Positions 23,253 through 37,400 of a stretch of 64,000 nucleotides of DNA are shown piece after piece; position 1 is the first letter of the stretch, and every line of letters starts with the position of its first letter. The notes below the pieces were generated by a model that did not search any database, was not told where the DNA came from, and saw nothing but the letters and a program-made list of their open reading frames with translations. Made by a program: the position numbers and the translations under genes. This stretch comes from Guillardia theta CCMP2712 (taxonomy: Eukaryota > Protista > Cryptophyta), in assembly GCF_000315625.1 (NCBI RefSeq), contig NW_005434659.1, forward strand, positions 633,788-697,787, given 5' to 3'.

Positions 23253-23769
23253 TTCCTCGGAACTTCGTGCTGTTGGAAGAGCTGGAGAAGGGTGAGAAGG
23301 GAGTGGGGGATGGAAGCGTGAGCTACGGACTTGCGGACGGAAACGACAACACATTGACCACCTGGAATGGCATGATCGTCGGTCCCCATGGGGTGAGAAG
23401 ATGTCAATAGACGCATGATGGTGGGCGACTGATGGTCTGAACAGTCTCAGCTTGAAGGAAGGATTCTCTCTCTCGTTATAACCTGCGGAGAACGCTATCC
23501 TGATGAATCTCCCAAGGTCCGCTTTCAGTCTCGCGTGAATCTAAATTTTGTCGATCAGCACAATGGCGCGGTGAGTCGACCTGATGTTGTTCTATTCTCC
23601 TCTTCTCATCGTGTTGGCTGTTTGACAGGTTGACTCGAGGAGCGTCTCGATCTTGTCACATTGGAATCGGTCATGCACTATGGAGAAGCTCTTGCAGGAG
23701 CTGCGCCGGGAGATGTGCAGCAGTCACAACCGCAGATTGCCTCAGCCTCCCGATGGCGCGATGTTCTAA
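23253..23769 (+). CDS. UEV1: Ubiquitin-conjugating enzyme variant (UEV1/MMS2)
   Basis: [35 protein letters not shown]|..[16 protein letters not shown]..|..[10 protein letters not shown] (TAA 23767-23769). First exon not identified. Confidence 0.9.
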
Positions 23770-24134
23770 GGTGAAGACTCCTGCTGATGTGGCTCGGCGA
23801 TCTCACGGTGGTTTTGGATGGAAGTTTGCGTCGAGAGAGCATGATGGCAAGGGAGAAGTTTGATTGCAGAGCAGCGGCCAAGATCTTGTGTTGTTTATGT
23901 TGGGAGTCGATTGAACCTTTGCTTCAAGTTTTTGATCACCCATGGCTGGAGGGTGGAGGGATTCTATCTCGCCCTCTATCTAGCAAAGCAAACCAAAGAT
24001 GAGAGATGTTTTTGCATATTGCTTTGTTTCGTCGAATTAAGATAGTAAATATCAGTTCTGTCACAACCCTCCAGGGCTTTCCGTTGATTTGCTACGAGAT
24101 TGCCACACGGCGTGAGCAAATCTCGTCCTCTTCA

Positions 24135-24745
24135 TCAGTCTTCCTCATCATCATCGTCCTCATCTCCCTCGTTCCTCTTCCTCCTACCCAGCTTTGCTCG
24201 ATCCGGCAGCTTCGAGTCTGCACCGCGTTTCTCTCGCCGAGACTACACAGAGGGTTTCATCGGTACAGCACAGGAGGAGCAAGGAGAGCTACCTTGTGCA
24301 CATCTTTCCGTGTTCCTGTGCTGTTCATGACAGGCTCATCGTCCCCCTCCCCCTGCTCGTCCGCGGGAGTGACCAGGAAGTCCAAGTTGAGCAAGGTATC
24401 ACCTTGGGAGCAGATAGCGAAGACTGGGAGAACACCCTGTCCTGGTTCTTGATCTTCATCTGCCGCGCGTTCCCTCGCTGCTGGGCCATGTTCTGGAAGT
24501 ACCTGGGAGAAAATCATGAGCATTCGCCCATTCCACCAATGCCCCTCCTTACCCGTCCCATCCTTTGAGGATGTTGCCGTTCTGTTGCGTGTCCTCCAGG
24601 TAAGAGGTCTCAAGTTCGAAGATTTCCTTCTCGATCTGCAAGAACATCTCTCGTCACTCTCATGATCGCACGCTCGAGCCTCCGTCACCTCCACCAGCTC
24701 CTTCTCCAGTTGATTCTTCTGTGTGATCAGACTCTGTAGGGACAT
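24135..24745 (-). CDS. EAF6: NuA4 HAT complex subunit Eaf6/MEAF6
   Basis: MSLQSLITQKNQLEKELVE|IEKEIFELETSYLEDTQQNGNILKGWDG|Y...DRVFSQSS: the canonical Eaf6 motifs; acidic C-terminus ends at TGA 24135-24137. Confidence 0.88.
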
Positions 24746-25444
24746 GGAAGGGAAAGCGAACTACCCTGCATGCCCGTCACAAACAAAAGAGCAATCATCA
24801 TCATAGAGAATGTGTCTACACGGTTTCTCTCTCCGTTGTCCACTATCCTTCACTATCCTCTTGCCCACTCCCATCCCTTCGGCTCCCTCCACTTTCATTT
24901 CAAGCACCATCCCCCTTTCTTTGCAAGGCTCTCTTCCTCTCTTCCTCTCCATTCATCTCCCAATCTCTCCTCCTCTCTTCCTCTCCATTCATCTCCCAAT
25001 CTCTCCTCCTCTCCCTCCTCTCCCTCCTCTTCCTCCTCTCCCTCTCTCCTCTCCCCCCCCCCGCCATGCTCCCTCCCGCTCTCGCTCCTGCCGTTCATCT
25101 TGCCCAGCCCTCATGAGCTGCTCCCGGTGAGCGCATTGAGCTATTTATTATCTCTGTCCTACCCAATACCTAGGTCGCATACTGAGGCAGGCTTGTTAGA
25201 CTAAGGCAAGGGTTTGTTCCCCGAATCCCCGTGCTATCACTCCCTCCCTACCGCCGCCGCCGCCTCCTCCTCCTCCTCCTCCTCCTCTTCCCCTGTCTCC
25301 TCACCCTTCCCTTTCCTTGTTCGTCGCTGAAATTCTCTCTCCCTTCTCTTTGGTACACTTTCTTGTTGTTTCCCACCATTTTCTCTTCCCTCTCCACCTC
25401 CATTGCATCTGCTCCAAATTCGTGTAATGGCAGTTTGAAGCGCC

Positions 25445-27909
25445 ATGCAGGCACCCATTCTACATCTTCTCCTCCTCCTCCTCCTCCCCTTCTTCCTCCA
25501 TCCAGCAGGCGGCCTTGACTGCGAGGGTGAAGATCCAGCCATCTCGGTTCTCAGTCCGCGTCATGGCAGCGTCCTGCCTTTGGAGCTTCACGGGATGGAC
25601 GCGCTCCGAGTGGAGGTAGAGCTGCTCATGTGCAACTTCCATGCCATCGACGGGTCGATCAGCGTCTTCGGGGGAGTGGGGGAGCAGAAGATCCAGGACC
25701 TCTGGCATCCAGTCAACGGCAGGAAGAACTACAGCATCGATATCCCGTACGCTTACGGGGAGGCCTGGGAAGAGAGCATGGTGTACCTTGAGAGAGGGAT
25801 GGGGATGGCGTACAGGCTGGAGTTCTCCCTGACAGAGGGAGGGTTTGAGGTCGGAGTGTCTTCTTTCGTCGACCTCCTGCTCATTTCAAGACACATCCCT
25901 CGCCCCGCCGATCCCTCGGTGGGGCTCAAGGAGGACAAGAAATTCATCTACCTCCTCAGCACCAAGTTCGAGACTTCACGCCCTGACCTGCAGACAGCAT
26001 CCTCCGACCTCCTGCAGCTCGTGTGGGGCCCCTTGCGGCCCAACGGGTCGGACGCGATCTGGTATCCAGGGTGCACGTGGAACGAAGCTCGCAACCGACT
26101 GTACGAGGAGGCGAGGGGGAGGGGGAGGCACTATCTGTACTTCATCTTCACGGATGATGATGCAAGCTTGAGCTTGCAGCCTGGTCAGCCCATGGGACAT
26201 GGTCCTGATGAGGTTGAAGGTGATCCATGGCGGGAGTATGAGCGGCTGCTGCTCAAGTGAGGAGGAGGAGGAGGTTGAGGTTGAGGAGGAGGAGGACGAG
26301 GTTGAGGAGGACGAGGAGGAGGAGGACGAGGAGGAGGAAAGCGGCGGGGGAGATGTGGTGAGGAGGGGGTGGAAGACGAGAGGACACAGAAAGCAAGGAG
26401 GGGGCAGAGGAATCGAGGCAGGGAGTTCGATGACTGATCTGTGCTCAGGTGGCAACCGGCAGCGGGATACGCCAAGTACACTATCCAACAGCCTCACACT
26501 CAGAAGCGGGACGGGCCGGAGGACGAGATTCAGTGCGTGAGGTTTGCTGATCCGCTACTGGTGGCCTATCACTTTGAAGCAGCTGGTGATGGAGATGAGA
26601 TGAGACGGGGATGATGAAGGGAGAGCGTTGGAGAAAGGGGAGGAAGGGGAAGGGGAGGAGGAGGAGATGGAAGGTGGGAGAAGGAAAGCGAGGATGGCTA
26701 CAGCGCGAGTTGTCTTGTTGTGGACTGATTTCCTTGCAGCTTTCCTCTTGCCGTACACCACGGAGTTTGACAGGTAAGGGGGGCGAGCAACGGCTGCTGT
26801 TGTCCTTCACCTCTGCTCTCAGCGAGTCCTGGCACTACTCGGCTGTTGTGATCAACGTAAGGGAAGGGAGGAAGAGAGGAGAGAAGAGGGAGAGAAGAGG
26901 GAGGGAGGGAGGGAGGGAGGGAGGGAGCGAGGGAGCTGAGAGTTCCTGGCAGGTGCTTCAGTCGCTTCACTACAGGAATCACATCCTCCAGTTCAACTCT
27001 CTCTACGTTCACGACAACCAGAAGACCGTCGGATACGCAGGTGGAAAGAGGAGCTCAACTGTTGTTTCTCCTCTCCTCTCCTCTCCTCTCCTCTCCTCTC
27101 CTCTCCTCTCCTCTCCTCTCCTCTCCTCTCCTCTCGCCCTGCCCCCTCCTCTATCCTACTCTTCCCTCCCCTCGCCTCCTCCCTCTTCTCGCTCCTCTTC
27201 CCTCGTCTCATTCTCCAGCTACAGCCTTCAGGTTGATGAATTGGGAGCGGCCGATCAGGTGGATCACTGCCTCAATTGCTTTGCACGAGCATGTCTCCGA
27301 GGTCGGCATCCTGAATCCCGTGCAGGTTGAAACCCCTCTACCCTCCCCTCCCCTCTCCTGCTCCTCTCCCCTTCTCTCTCCTACTCTTAGCTCATTCTCT
27401 CTCTTCCTCTTCCCCTTGAAATCTCCTGCCTGCTCCTTCCTCCCGCCCCCGCTTCCTCTTCGTCCCACCTGTCCTTTGCGTCTTTCTGTCTGCTTCACCT
27501 CCATCCTGCTCTCCTCGTCCTCTCACTCAGACTTCGGGTCAGGTCAAGTGCCATCCTTCGGTTCATCCCCTGCCCAAGGCTTTATCCTACGTCGTGAAGC
27601 CCTCGACCTTCGACATCTGTCATCCAGTACGTCTCCATCCTCCTCCATCATCTTCATGTTCCTGCTCCCCCTGCACCTCCCACTTCCCCGAGGTCTCCTC
27701 TATCTACCCTGCTCGCACCTTTGTTTGCTTGTTCCTGCTCATGCAGCCCCTCCTCTCTCTCCTCCTCCTCCCCTCCCTCCTCCTTTCCACCCTCTTTGCA
27801 GGTCTTCCAGCATCTTCGCTCCCCCGAGCTGGCCACCAGCACCCACAACTGCTCGGGCTGGAACTTGGAGGGGAAGCTGTTGGACCTTCTCTTCGTCCAG
27901 TGCGCCTGA
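25445..27909 (+). CDS. Secreted/ER hypothetical protein with GT-A-like DxD motif
   Basis: Signal peptide MQAPILHLLLLLLLPFF; TWNEARNRLY...YLYFIFTDDDA resembles a GT-A nucleotide-sugar binding segment; several downstream exons. 3' end approximate. Confidence 0.55.
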
Positions 27910-28372
27910 AAGAGGAAGGGGGAGACGAGCCTCACGTCCTGCTAGGATTGAGCTGGGCAAGCAGCTGAGGGCGGAGCAGGAGGGGAAGCTCGACGAGCTG
28001 AGGATGGAGGTGAAAGAGGTCCTTCCTCCTCCTCCTCGTCCGCGCTCCTTGGCTGAAGTTCTTGCAGCTACGGGAGATGATGCAGCAACTGCTCAAGGGG
28101 GAGGACAAGGAGGGAGGGAGCGAGAGCGAGAGCGAGGATCAAGGCAGAGATGGAGAGAAAGGAGAGGAGGAGGAAACAGGAGAGAGAGGAACAGGAGGAG
28201 AGACAAAGGAGGAGCTATGAGAGACAGACATGTTGATTACAATCACGGGATGAGTACGAGACTGGAAAACTCCCTGGATGTCGCAGAGGGGAAGGAGGAG
28301 GAGGAGGAGGAGAAATGTGGATAAAGGGAAGGGGGGGATGGGGAGGAAGGAGGCGAGAGGAGATGACAATCG

Positions 28373-31300
28373 TCATGATGAGCCGGGAGGAGGAGGAGGA
28401 AGAGGAAGAGACGAAACAGCTCCATCCTCGCTTGTCTGTGTGACTTTGAGGAACACTTGCTCTAGACTGACCTGCACGAGGTGCTGGAATTAGTGGAGAA
28501 GAGACGGGGAAGAGAACAGGAGGAGGCGGAGAGAGAAGGGGAGGGAGACAAGGGACGAGCAAGGGACGAGGAGGATGGAAGAGGAAGCAGGAGGGGGCGA
28601 GGGGAGGGGAGGTGAGGGGGCGAGGGGAGGGCCCAGAGGAAGCAATTCATACTTGACTGATGCAGTAGTCCTCAATGTTCATTTCCTCCTTCCACGTCTC
28701 CATGGCAGCAAACAAATCAGCAAGCGGCATCTGCTTACAGGAAGTCAGGGGGGGAGGGAGGGAGAGGAAGGGAGAAGAGTTCTAGGAACAGGACAGGGAG
28801 TGTAGAAGCACCTGCGTGCTAGGTTCAGTTGCTTGCTCCTTCATCTGCACGTGCAGAGTGAAGATGCTGTTGGTGTTGTTGCTGCTGCTGCCGCTACTCA
28901 ACATCTTGCTGGAGGAGGAAGCACCCTGCTCCTGCTCCTGCTCCTCCTCCTTCACCTCCGCTGCTGGGAGCTTCTCCCGCAGGAGCTCCTCCAGCCTCAT
29001 GCGCAGGAGAGCTCGAGAGGCAGCAGGGAGCTTGACCTGAAGGACGAGGCCGCGACCGAAGCGAGACTTGAGCGACTGCACGGAGCCGATGCAGCGCAAC
29101 GATCCCTTGCTCATGATCGCCACCCGAGTGCTGATCGCCTCCGCCTCCGCCATGCTGTGTGTAGTCAGGAGGATCGTCCGCCCTGGCAGCCGCGAGCGGA
29201 AGAAATCCCACATCCTCCTCTTGCTGATCGGGTCAACTCCAGTGCTGGGCTCGTCGAGGAGGAGGATGGAGGGGTCCCCGACCATCGAGAGAGCAGCACA
29301 GAGCTTCCTCCTCGTCCCCCCCGAGTACGTCTTGACGCACTTGTCAGCCCACTCGGCGATGCCGAACTCCTGCAGCAGCGACGTCGCTATGTTCTGCGCT
29401 GTCGCTCCCTTCAACCCCGCGAGCTCAGCACACAGGACGAGGTGCTCCCGACCCGTCATGCCCTCCCAGAGCGTGTCGCTCTGTGGGCAGATGCCCAGGA
29501 AAGGGAAGATATCAAGGAGGTTCCGGTAGACAGACTTGCCCCCCAGGATCGCCTCCCCTCCACTAGGCTGCAGCTCCCCCGATATCATCAGCATCGTCGT
29601 CGTCTTCCCCGCCCCGTTGGGCCCCAGAAGGCATATACACTCCCCCTTCCCAGCTGAGAACGATACGCTCCTCACAGCAACCTTCCCGCCTGCACCACAG
29701 CCGTAGAGCTTGCGGAGATGGTGAGCACAAAGATGCCCGCAGTGTTGCCTTCCTCCTGCCTCGATCCTCTCCCTCTCTGCAACCACGTCCGCGTCCTCCT
29801 CCTCCTTCGTGTCTTCTGGTAGCTGAACATGCTGCTTGCGGAAGAAGTAGGTTCGGAGGTCGAGGTGAGCGCTCATGAGCAGGTAGACCAGGCCAGAGAG
29901 GAGGAGGATGAGGTGATACTGCAGGATCCCGTCAGGAGAAAAGAAGACCTCCGATAGCGAGTCCTCTTGCTTCAGGTCGTGCGAGATGATGGCGTTGACG
30001 CTGAGCAGGAAGAGGCTCCAGGCAAAGGCAAGGGCGGGGAACACAGAGAGGATGAGAGAGAGGGAGGAGGCGAGGTTCGGGACAACGAGAGCGAGGGAGA
30101 AGAGGAGGGAGAGGGGGATGGTCGTCACGAACAGGAGCACAGTGCTCATGTACTTCAAGACGGCCTTGGAGGAGGAGAACAGGAAGGTGAGAGCATACGT
30201 CAGTGCGCTCATTGCGAAGGCAAAGCACAACATCAGGGAGGAGGAGGCCAGCGCATAGCTCGACATGAAGACAGGAGAGTGAGTCGCTGCCCCCAGGATG
30301 AGAGTGGCGAGGGCGATGAGCATGAGGAGCAGCACGTCGCTGCTGATCTGAGCCAACCAGAAGTCCAGACTTCTCGCGCCCGCCACGAAGAGCATGTGCT
30401 TGAGCCTTCGCTCCCTCTCGCTAACCATCTCCTCGGCGATGTAGGACGGAGGATACAGAAACGCCAGCGTGAGGAGGAACGAGAGCATGAAGCTCTGCGG
30501 CTGCGCCGTAACGGACCTGCCCGGGAGGGTGTGGAGGCTAGTCTCCACTTGCACCCCTCCCGCTGGTCCTCCTCCTCCCTCGCACGCCCGCAGCAGCGCC
30601 GCATTGTAGACGGCATGCTGCAAGACAGTCGCCACCATCGTCCTGGTAGAGTTGAAGGTGATAGTCGTCTGCAGCGACCCAGGAGGGCTAGTCTCCATCA
30701 GGTGTACCTCCATGCCTGCGATGTACATCTTCTTCTTCTTCGCGGGAGCGTAACGGTCAGTGGCGTTGAGAAACTCCTCGTGGTTGGAGACCATGTTGCA
30801 GGCGAAGCCCTTCTGGGAGAGAGGATAGAGGAGGCTGGCGAGGGAGGAGGACGAGGAGTTGAGCAGGACCAGCTGAGAAATCCAGCGCTCTGAGCCGAGA
30901 GAGGAGAGAGAGATGGGCTTGCCGGCCCTTGTGAGGTCCCCGGAGAAGGAGAAGTAGGAGGAGTCGAAGAAGGTGAAGGTGAGGATCGACAGGACCGTCG
31001 GATACAGTAAGAAGTAGGCCAGAGCCCTTCGGTCTCGAATCCTCACCAGGAAAAGTTTTCTCATCAGGACCTGGAGGAGATGGAGGGCGAAGCAGGGTAG
31101 GGCAGGAGGAGGAGAGAGGAGGACAGAAGAGAGTCAGAGAGCATTCAGATACGGACAAGAGTCATGACTTGCCTTCACAGAGTGCAGGCCGTTGAAGTAG
31201 CGGACTCTCCTCTCCTTCGTCTCCTGGGGTTCGTTCCCGTGCTTCCCCTCCTGAATGCTCGTCTCGTTGACCAGCACGACTCCCTCACAGATGCGCAGGA

Positions 31301-33953
31301 AAACTTCCTCGAGCGACGTCGAGGTCAGCCCGTATCCCTTGAGCCCTAGTGATGACAGGTTGCTGTCGAGCCCCCGCAAGAGGTTCGGGAAGGTGGAGGA
31401 GGAGGGATGGCCGAGATCAAAGCTGGCCTCGCAGCTGGACCTGCTTGTCAGCTTGGCAGCTGGGACTCTCTTGAGGATGAACTGCTGGAGCATGTCGGAA
31501 CCCAAGGGCAGGGAGCTCGAGCTCCTGCTGAACGCATCTGCCCCTCCTCCCGCTCCTCCGATCTCCTCCTCGCTGCAGTCATTGAAGACGCAGTGCAGCT
31601 TGTACCCCAGCCCGTATTTGACCTTGAGCTCTAACGGCTCTCCACACGCCTTGAGGACGCCGTGGACCATGATTCCTATCCGGTCGGCGATGGCGTCAGC
31701 CTCGTCCATCGAGTGGGTCGACACAATCAGCACACGGTCCTTCTTGTTGTGAGCGAGGGCCCGCCAGAGAGCGTGTCTGCTCTTGGCGTCCATCCCTGCC
31801 GATGGCTCGTCCAGGACCACAAACTTGGGATCGCCCGTGAGCGCCAGGGCGACCGACAGTCGCCTCTTCATCCCCCCCGACAAATTCTTCACTGCTTCCT
31901 GCATCACGCTCCCCAGGTCCATCTCTTCGCAGCGCCTCGCGACTTCTTTTCTCAGCAGGGCACCTCTCAGGCCCCTCAGCCCTGCGAAGAACTTGAGATG
32001 TTCCTTGACGGTCAGGTCATCGAGCAGAATGTCTTCCTGCGGGCAGTAGCCCAGGATCTCTCGCAGCTTCTCGATGCTGTTCATGTCCTCCAGGACGTGA
32101 TCGAAAATGCTGATCATCCCGCCGGAAGGGCTCACAATCCCCGTGAGCATGTTGAGCAATGTCGACTTCCCAGCTCCGTTGGGCCCCAGGAGGGCGAAGG
32201 TTTGATTCTCGTAGAGGTCGAGGGAGACTGACTCGACAGCCAGAGTTGTCTGGCCTCGATTCTCTTCGTCTATGTACACTTTCCTCACTGACCTCAGCTG
32301 CACCCGGCTCCCTCCAGCTCCTCTAGCCTGCTCGACGTCTCCACCCTCTGCGTCTGCCCGCTCCACGTCCAACGACTCCGGCCCTGCCTCACCCGAGAGG
32401 CGGAGGAGGGGGATCCCGTCGTTGCTGTCTTCAAGGATGTGGCGGAACAACCTCCTCCGGAGGGATGCTGGAAGGCAGCGACATTTCTTCCACTCCCCTG
32501 TGCTGAAGGCTCGCTCGAGGTAGATGGCAAGAAGAAAGTAGATCGCAGCGTCAACCACCATCATGACAATGAGGATGCCCACAGGATGCTCTCCGGCAGC
32601 GAGGTTGCTCCATCGTATCCCGTTCCTCCAGATCTCAGCTCCTGTTGACGACATGGCAACGGGGGAGAGGAGCGAGAGGAACCAGAACACTTCCAACGGG
32701 ACATTCAACGCCCGGAGGAGAGCAAACAGGAAGCTGAAGAAGGCAAGAAGCCCCGAGCCAACCGCTCCCGCGATCTTGGGCGAATCGAAGAAGATGCTGA
32801 CGAAGAAGGAGAAAGTTACAATGGAGGAGACGAAGGCGAGGAAGACAAAGTAGATGAGGGTTATGTCGCTGTCAGAAAATAGCGACGTGAAGGATCCGAA
32901 CACAACAACGAATGCGATGGCAATTGCGAATGCAAAGATTTCGGAGATCAGCCAGGCCGACCAGAAGACTATGTCCTTCAATCCCATACACCTCATGATG
33001 TTGCGCAGCCCGAGCTTCCGCTCGGTCACGATGTTCACGAGAAGGATCTGAATGGAAGGGATCCATGCCGCAACGAAATATAGCGAGGTTATCAACGAGA
33101 TCTTCATCTCTGGTCCTCCAAGCTCGTCAAGGCTCGTCGTCGGCATCGGCTGCATCCACAGGTCGACCTTGGCGGAGTTTCCCAAGAACGAGAAAGTCTT
33201 GCGCAGGGAGTCATGCAGGAGCTTCTGAACCGTCAGGATGCCTGAGTCCATGTCAGCATTGGGGGAGAGCCCAGCTCGAGCGTCCAACGAGTTGGTGCTG
33301 TTGAAATGGATGGAAAGCCCGACTGTACAGGCGGCACATTTACCAGCGGCTCTCGGTAGCGCCCCTGGTATCTCATGCAGATTTTTACTCAATGAGGAGG
33401 ATCGAGGGAGGTCGAGCATCCCACCTTCCTCCCCCCGCAGTCCCTTGCACTGTCCCTTCTCGCTCACCACCACTGCTGCTGATACGGTTCCGGGGTTTGC
33501 GAGGTGATATCTGTGGGCCGCTGTTAGGTTGGGCATGGCCATGACGGTCACTCTGGAGCCATAGAGCTCTTCCTCCAGGCTCCTCATCAGCCCTTGCACA
33601 AGTCTGCTCGAGGAAGGGAGCAGGAGGATCTTACACGTCCTCATGGTTTCATCCGCCTGACCAGGGTCACTCTGGTTCCCAGGGCCAAGCTTGCTCCTCC
33701 CTCGCACCTCTCCTCGACCGTAGATCGAGCCGCAGTAAGCCCCTGCTCTTGTCTGCTCCAGCCGCGGGATCGCTCTCGCCCTCCATCTCTCTACTGTCTG
33801 ATTCTGTGTTCCCAGATCAACAACCGCCTTGAGCATTGCGATCAACATGAACGTGTAGATCGGAAATGCTATCTCTTTCAAGCTTGATTTCCAGTTCCTG
33901 ATCTTCAACCTGACGTTCTTCCATAGTACCCATCTGAGTTGTTCTAGAGACAT
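28373..33953 (-). CDS. Full-length ABC transporter, subfamily A (TMD-NBD-TMD-NBD)
   Basis: QLRWVLWKN N-term; NBD1 GPNGAGKS/LSGGMKRRL/VVLDEP; NBD2 GPNGAGKT/YSGGTRRKL/LLLDEP; regulatory TSLEEVFL and VSLEQVFL; intron 31071-31178 joins the two long ORFs; TGA 28373-28375. Alternative start at 34007. Confidence 0.93.
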
Positions 33954-34434
33954 GCTATCCCAAAATTCTTCACTCCTTCCGAATCGTTCGCTGCCAACGA
34001 CCTGCATGTCAGAATTCAGTATCCTTTGGCTCACTCAGATTTGGTTGCCAATCAAAACTCCCCATCCCTATCCCTCGTTATCTCGGTTCCTGGATCTCCT
34101 TCACGCTACATCTTCTCCCCTAGTTCCAATCCTCTCCTCCTCTCCTCTCTCCCTCTCTCCCTCCCCCCTCTCCTCTCCTCTCTTCCTATCGATTTCTCTC
34201 CATGGGCGGGGAAATTTTGTGTTGCCCCACCCCACCCCCGATATAACCCCCCTACATGCTACTACCCACCCTCCCATCTCAACAAGGTCTCTTGCAAACC
34301 GACTACCCTACCCCCTAATTTCAGTTTCTTATACCCCTCATACTCCCACAAACCCCCCTCATCACCCCACCCCATCCTGACTACATTCAGGACTACATTA
34401 GCAATCCTGGCCTTCTAATCCCTTGTTACTCGCT

Positions 34435-37400
34435 ATGGTCGGACGCGCGTCCGCCCATCGCTTCCTAATGCAACCTCCCTCTCCCTCCTCCTCCTCCTCC
34501 TCCCTCCTCCTCCTCCTCCTCGTTGCATCCTCCTTCCTCCAGTCAGAGGCCTTCTCCTTCTGCCCTGTGGTAAGTCGAGCATACCTCTGGTTCGAACAGT
34601 GATGACGTCAAGCAAGGCTGGGCGCCCCGGAGTTTCTTCCAACTTCCTCCGCTCCCTCGAGCGATCTTGCCGGCATCATGCATCCCCGGCCCCCAGGCTG
34701 AGAGTCTCGTGCCAGCTTGATGGTGGTCTAGGCAAAGAGTTCGAAAACTACAAGAAGACAAGCGAACAAATGGAGGAAATCTTCAAGGTAGGTGATCACA
34801 TTGTACGAGAGCATCTGATTGGAGTTGCAGAAAGCATCGAACGATCTTCAATCACGAGCAAAGGAGGAGCTGGACTCGTTCAATCAGCAGGTTTTGCTCA
34901 TACTGGTGTGTTGGTGTGACACTGAACACCCCCTCAGGTAGATGAAATTATGTCGAGGAGAGAGGAGGAGTGGGAGCTTCTCGGAGCTAAGGCGGCAGAG
35001 TCTCTCGTGAGCAAGGTGATGCCAAGTCGTAGACGGGAGGAGAGACTGACTGAGCTGATCGAAGGTTGACGATCTTGCTGAGAACTTCTTGAAGGGAACC
35101 GGTGCGGCGATTATTGAATCATGTAAGAAATAACTCTCGGTGCAGGAAGGGGTTCGAAAGACGACGACGACGATGAGTTTGCGGACCTTCAGAAGTATCT
35201 TGGACCTCAGGTTGAGGAAGGAGGGCCAAGTGGCAGGAGCGCGTCGCACGTGACGGTCCTGCCAGGAAGTTGCGGTCATCGGCCCACCCGGGGTAGTTCG
35301 TGATGAGGTGGAGGAGGAGCTAGTGAAGAGAGCTCCCTGTGACTGCTCTTGCTAGATCATGGCGAGGCTGGGCCAGCAGCAATCTCTCAAGATCTCTTCC
35401 TGCGAGAAGTGAGCTGAGAAGGTCGGGGCCGCTTGCCCCAGCTGACTCCCTCCCCCCTCAGACTTCTGGAGACCCGCGGCATGACCATCGAGAACTCTGA
35501 CACCCTCATCTTCGTAGGAAACGACGAGCCGCTGGACAGGGTTAGCTCCCTGCCCTCTCTTCTCCCCCTTCCTCCCTCTTGTTTCCTCCTACCTCCTCCT
35601 CCCTTCCCTCCCTCCTGCATCGTTTCGCCCCTCCTCCCTCTCTCCCGTTCTTGTTGCATCCCGCAGCTCATGTCATGGCAGAGCCTGGTTGAGCGCTTGA
35701 TCGCAAGGGGGACTGCGACCAAGAAGGTCTTGGAGAAGTCGTGAGGCCATGGGATAAGAATACGCAGATTCGTCGAGTTGTCCTGCTGTCCTCCCTCGGA
35801 ACCTTGCGTTCGGACACTTTCCCATTCTCGATGCAGAATGCTTTCTCAGGCAAGACATGTCATGACATGGCATGAATCTTTCATGATACTCCCTGTAGGT
35901 GTTCTTGACAAGAAGCGAGACGTCGAGCTTGGAATCCAAGAGAAGAGGTGAGTTGAGGCGTGAAGCGAAGGACTGAAACTCAGTCCGTGCGTGACAAAAC
36001 TCGTCTTTTTTGCACAAGCTAGAGTGTGATGAATGGTTCTGCAGCAAGGCCGTCGGCTTCTCATACTCGATTGTGCGCGTTGGAAAGATCAATGCAGATC
36101 AGAACCTCAAGGGTGAAGGAGAGGAAGGCTGATTGCTGATCTTTGACACTCGTCTCAAGGAGTCATGCTCAAGCCTGGAGACGACCTGGTCGAAGACATC
36201 AACCCTTGCGTACCCCTCTCAGTCCTCCTGCTCTCCCATTAAATTTCAGCACCTAGGTTGCCGCCGAAGCTGTTCTGCAGTCGATGCTCTTCCAACCCTC
36301 TGCTCTCAACGCATCCATGTTGACGTCATTCTTTCTCGATGGCTGCCTGACGAGCTTCGATGTCAAGGTCTATCATCGGGGAGAAGAGCGCCAACTTTCC
36401 GACGCAGACGGAGGTTTCCAGCAACGTTACTGACACGTCAAGGACTGAGAGGAGTGGCAGTGGGATGATGAATTCCTGCGCTTGGATGGACCTGAGCTCT
36501 TCCGCGAGCCTCTTGGGTCCGTTTCTGCTACGGTGAGTGTACTTGTTCTTCGGTCTGCTTCCTCCCTCCTCCCTCCTATCTCTTACCTCCCCGCCTTGAA
36601 ACCTGCTTCCATGCTCGACCTGGTACCCTAATCTCCTCAACCCTCTCTTTGTCATCTACGAGCGCATTACGGCTGAATTCTACTCCGCAGGCCTGCATGG
36701 ACTGGGTCAAGACCTCCTGGGCACCACGATGGGAGAAAAGCGGCAGCGGTCTGACGACGCCAGTAAAGGTAAAATTGACCTTCCCCTCTCCTCTCCTCCT
36801 CCCCCACCAACGCCATCGCCTCCTTTTCCTCCTCCTCCAAATCCTGCCTGCTGATATCTCCCTTCAGATTGTCGAGACGGCCAACGGAGTTCAGCTCGTC
36901 TTCAGGTGCATATCGTTTGTTCGTTTGCCTCCTTCACGAGCAAGTTTGTCAGGCCTCCCAAGTCAAACTTTGTCTCTTTCAAGGAGGAGAAAGTAGGGAC
37001 ATACTGTCACTCTCCCTCCCCTCCTCCTGCTCCTGCTCCTGCTCCTGCTCCTCCTCCTGCTCCTCCTCCTCTGCCTGTCCCTCCCCTCCTTCCCCTTCTC
37101 CTTCTCTTCCTGCCCCCTTCCTCTCCTTGTATCCTGAGACGACTTGGCTCGGTAGGAAGCAGAGAAGGCGCGGGAGAAGGGCGACATGGTGAGTGCAAAA
37201 GGATGGTCGGAACTCGCAACTCACTGGAGAGCAGGACGAGAAGAATTCCAAGTTTCGCCAGGTCACCGACAAGGAAGGAGGAGTAGAGGTTGGAGCATGC
37301 GCAGCTTCTGCTCGCCGATGCTGACGTGTCTTTCAAGGTTGTCGTTGAGGACAAGCCCTTTCCCCGCGTTCGGGCCCTGCGGTGCAATATGGGAGAGGTA

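Noticed and set aside
28816-33887. Numerous plus-strand ORFs over the ABCA gene
   Set aside because: Antisense shadows of GC3-rich coding sequence with no independent motifs.
34585-34600. tRNA T-loop (GGTTCGAA) words here and at about 19258, 35152 and 54124
   Set aside because: No cloverleaf stems; all lie within protein-coding genes.
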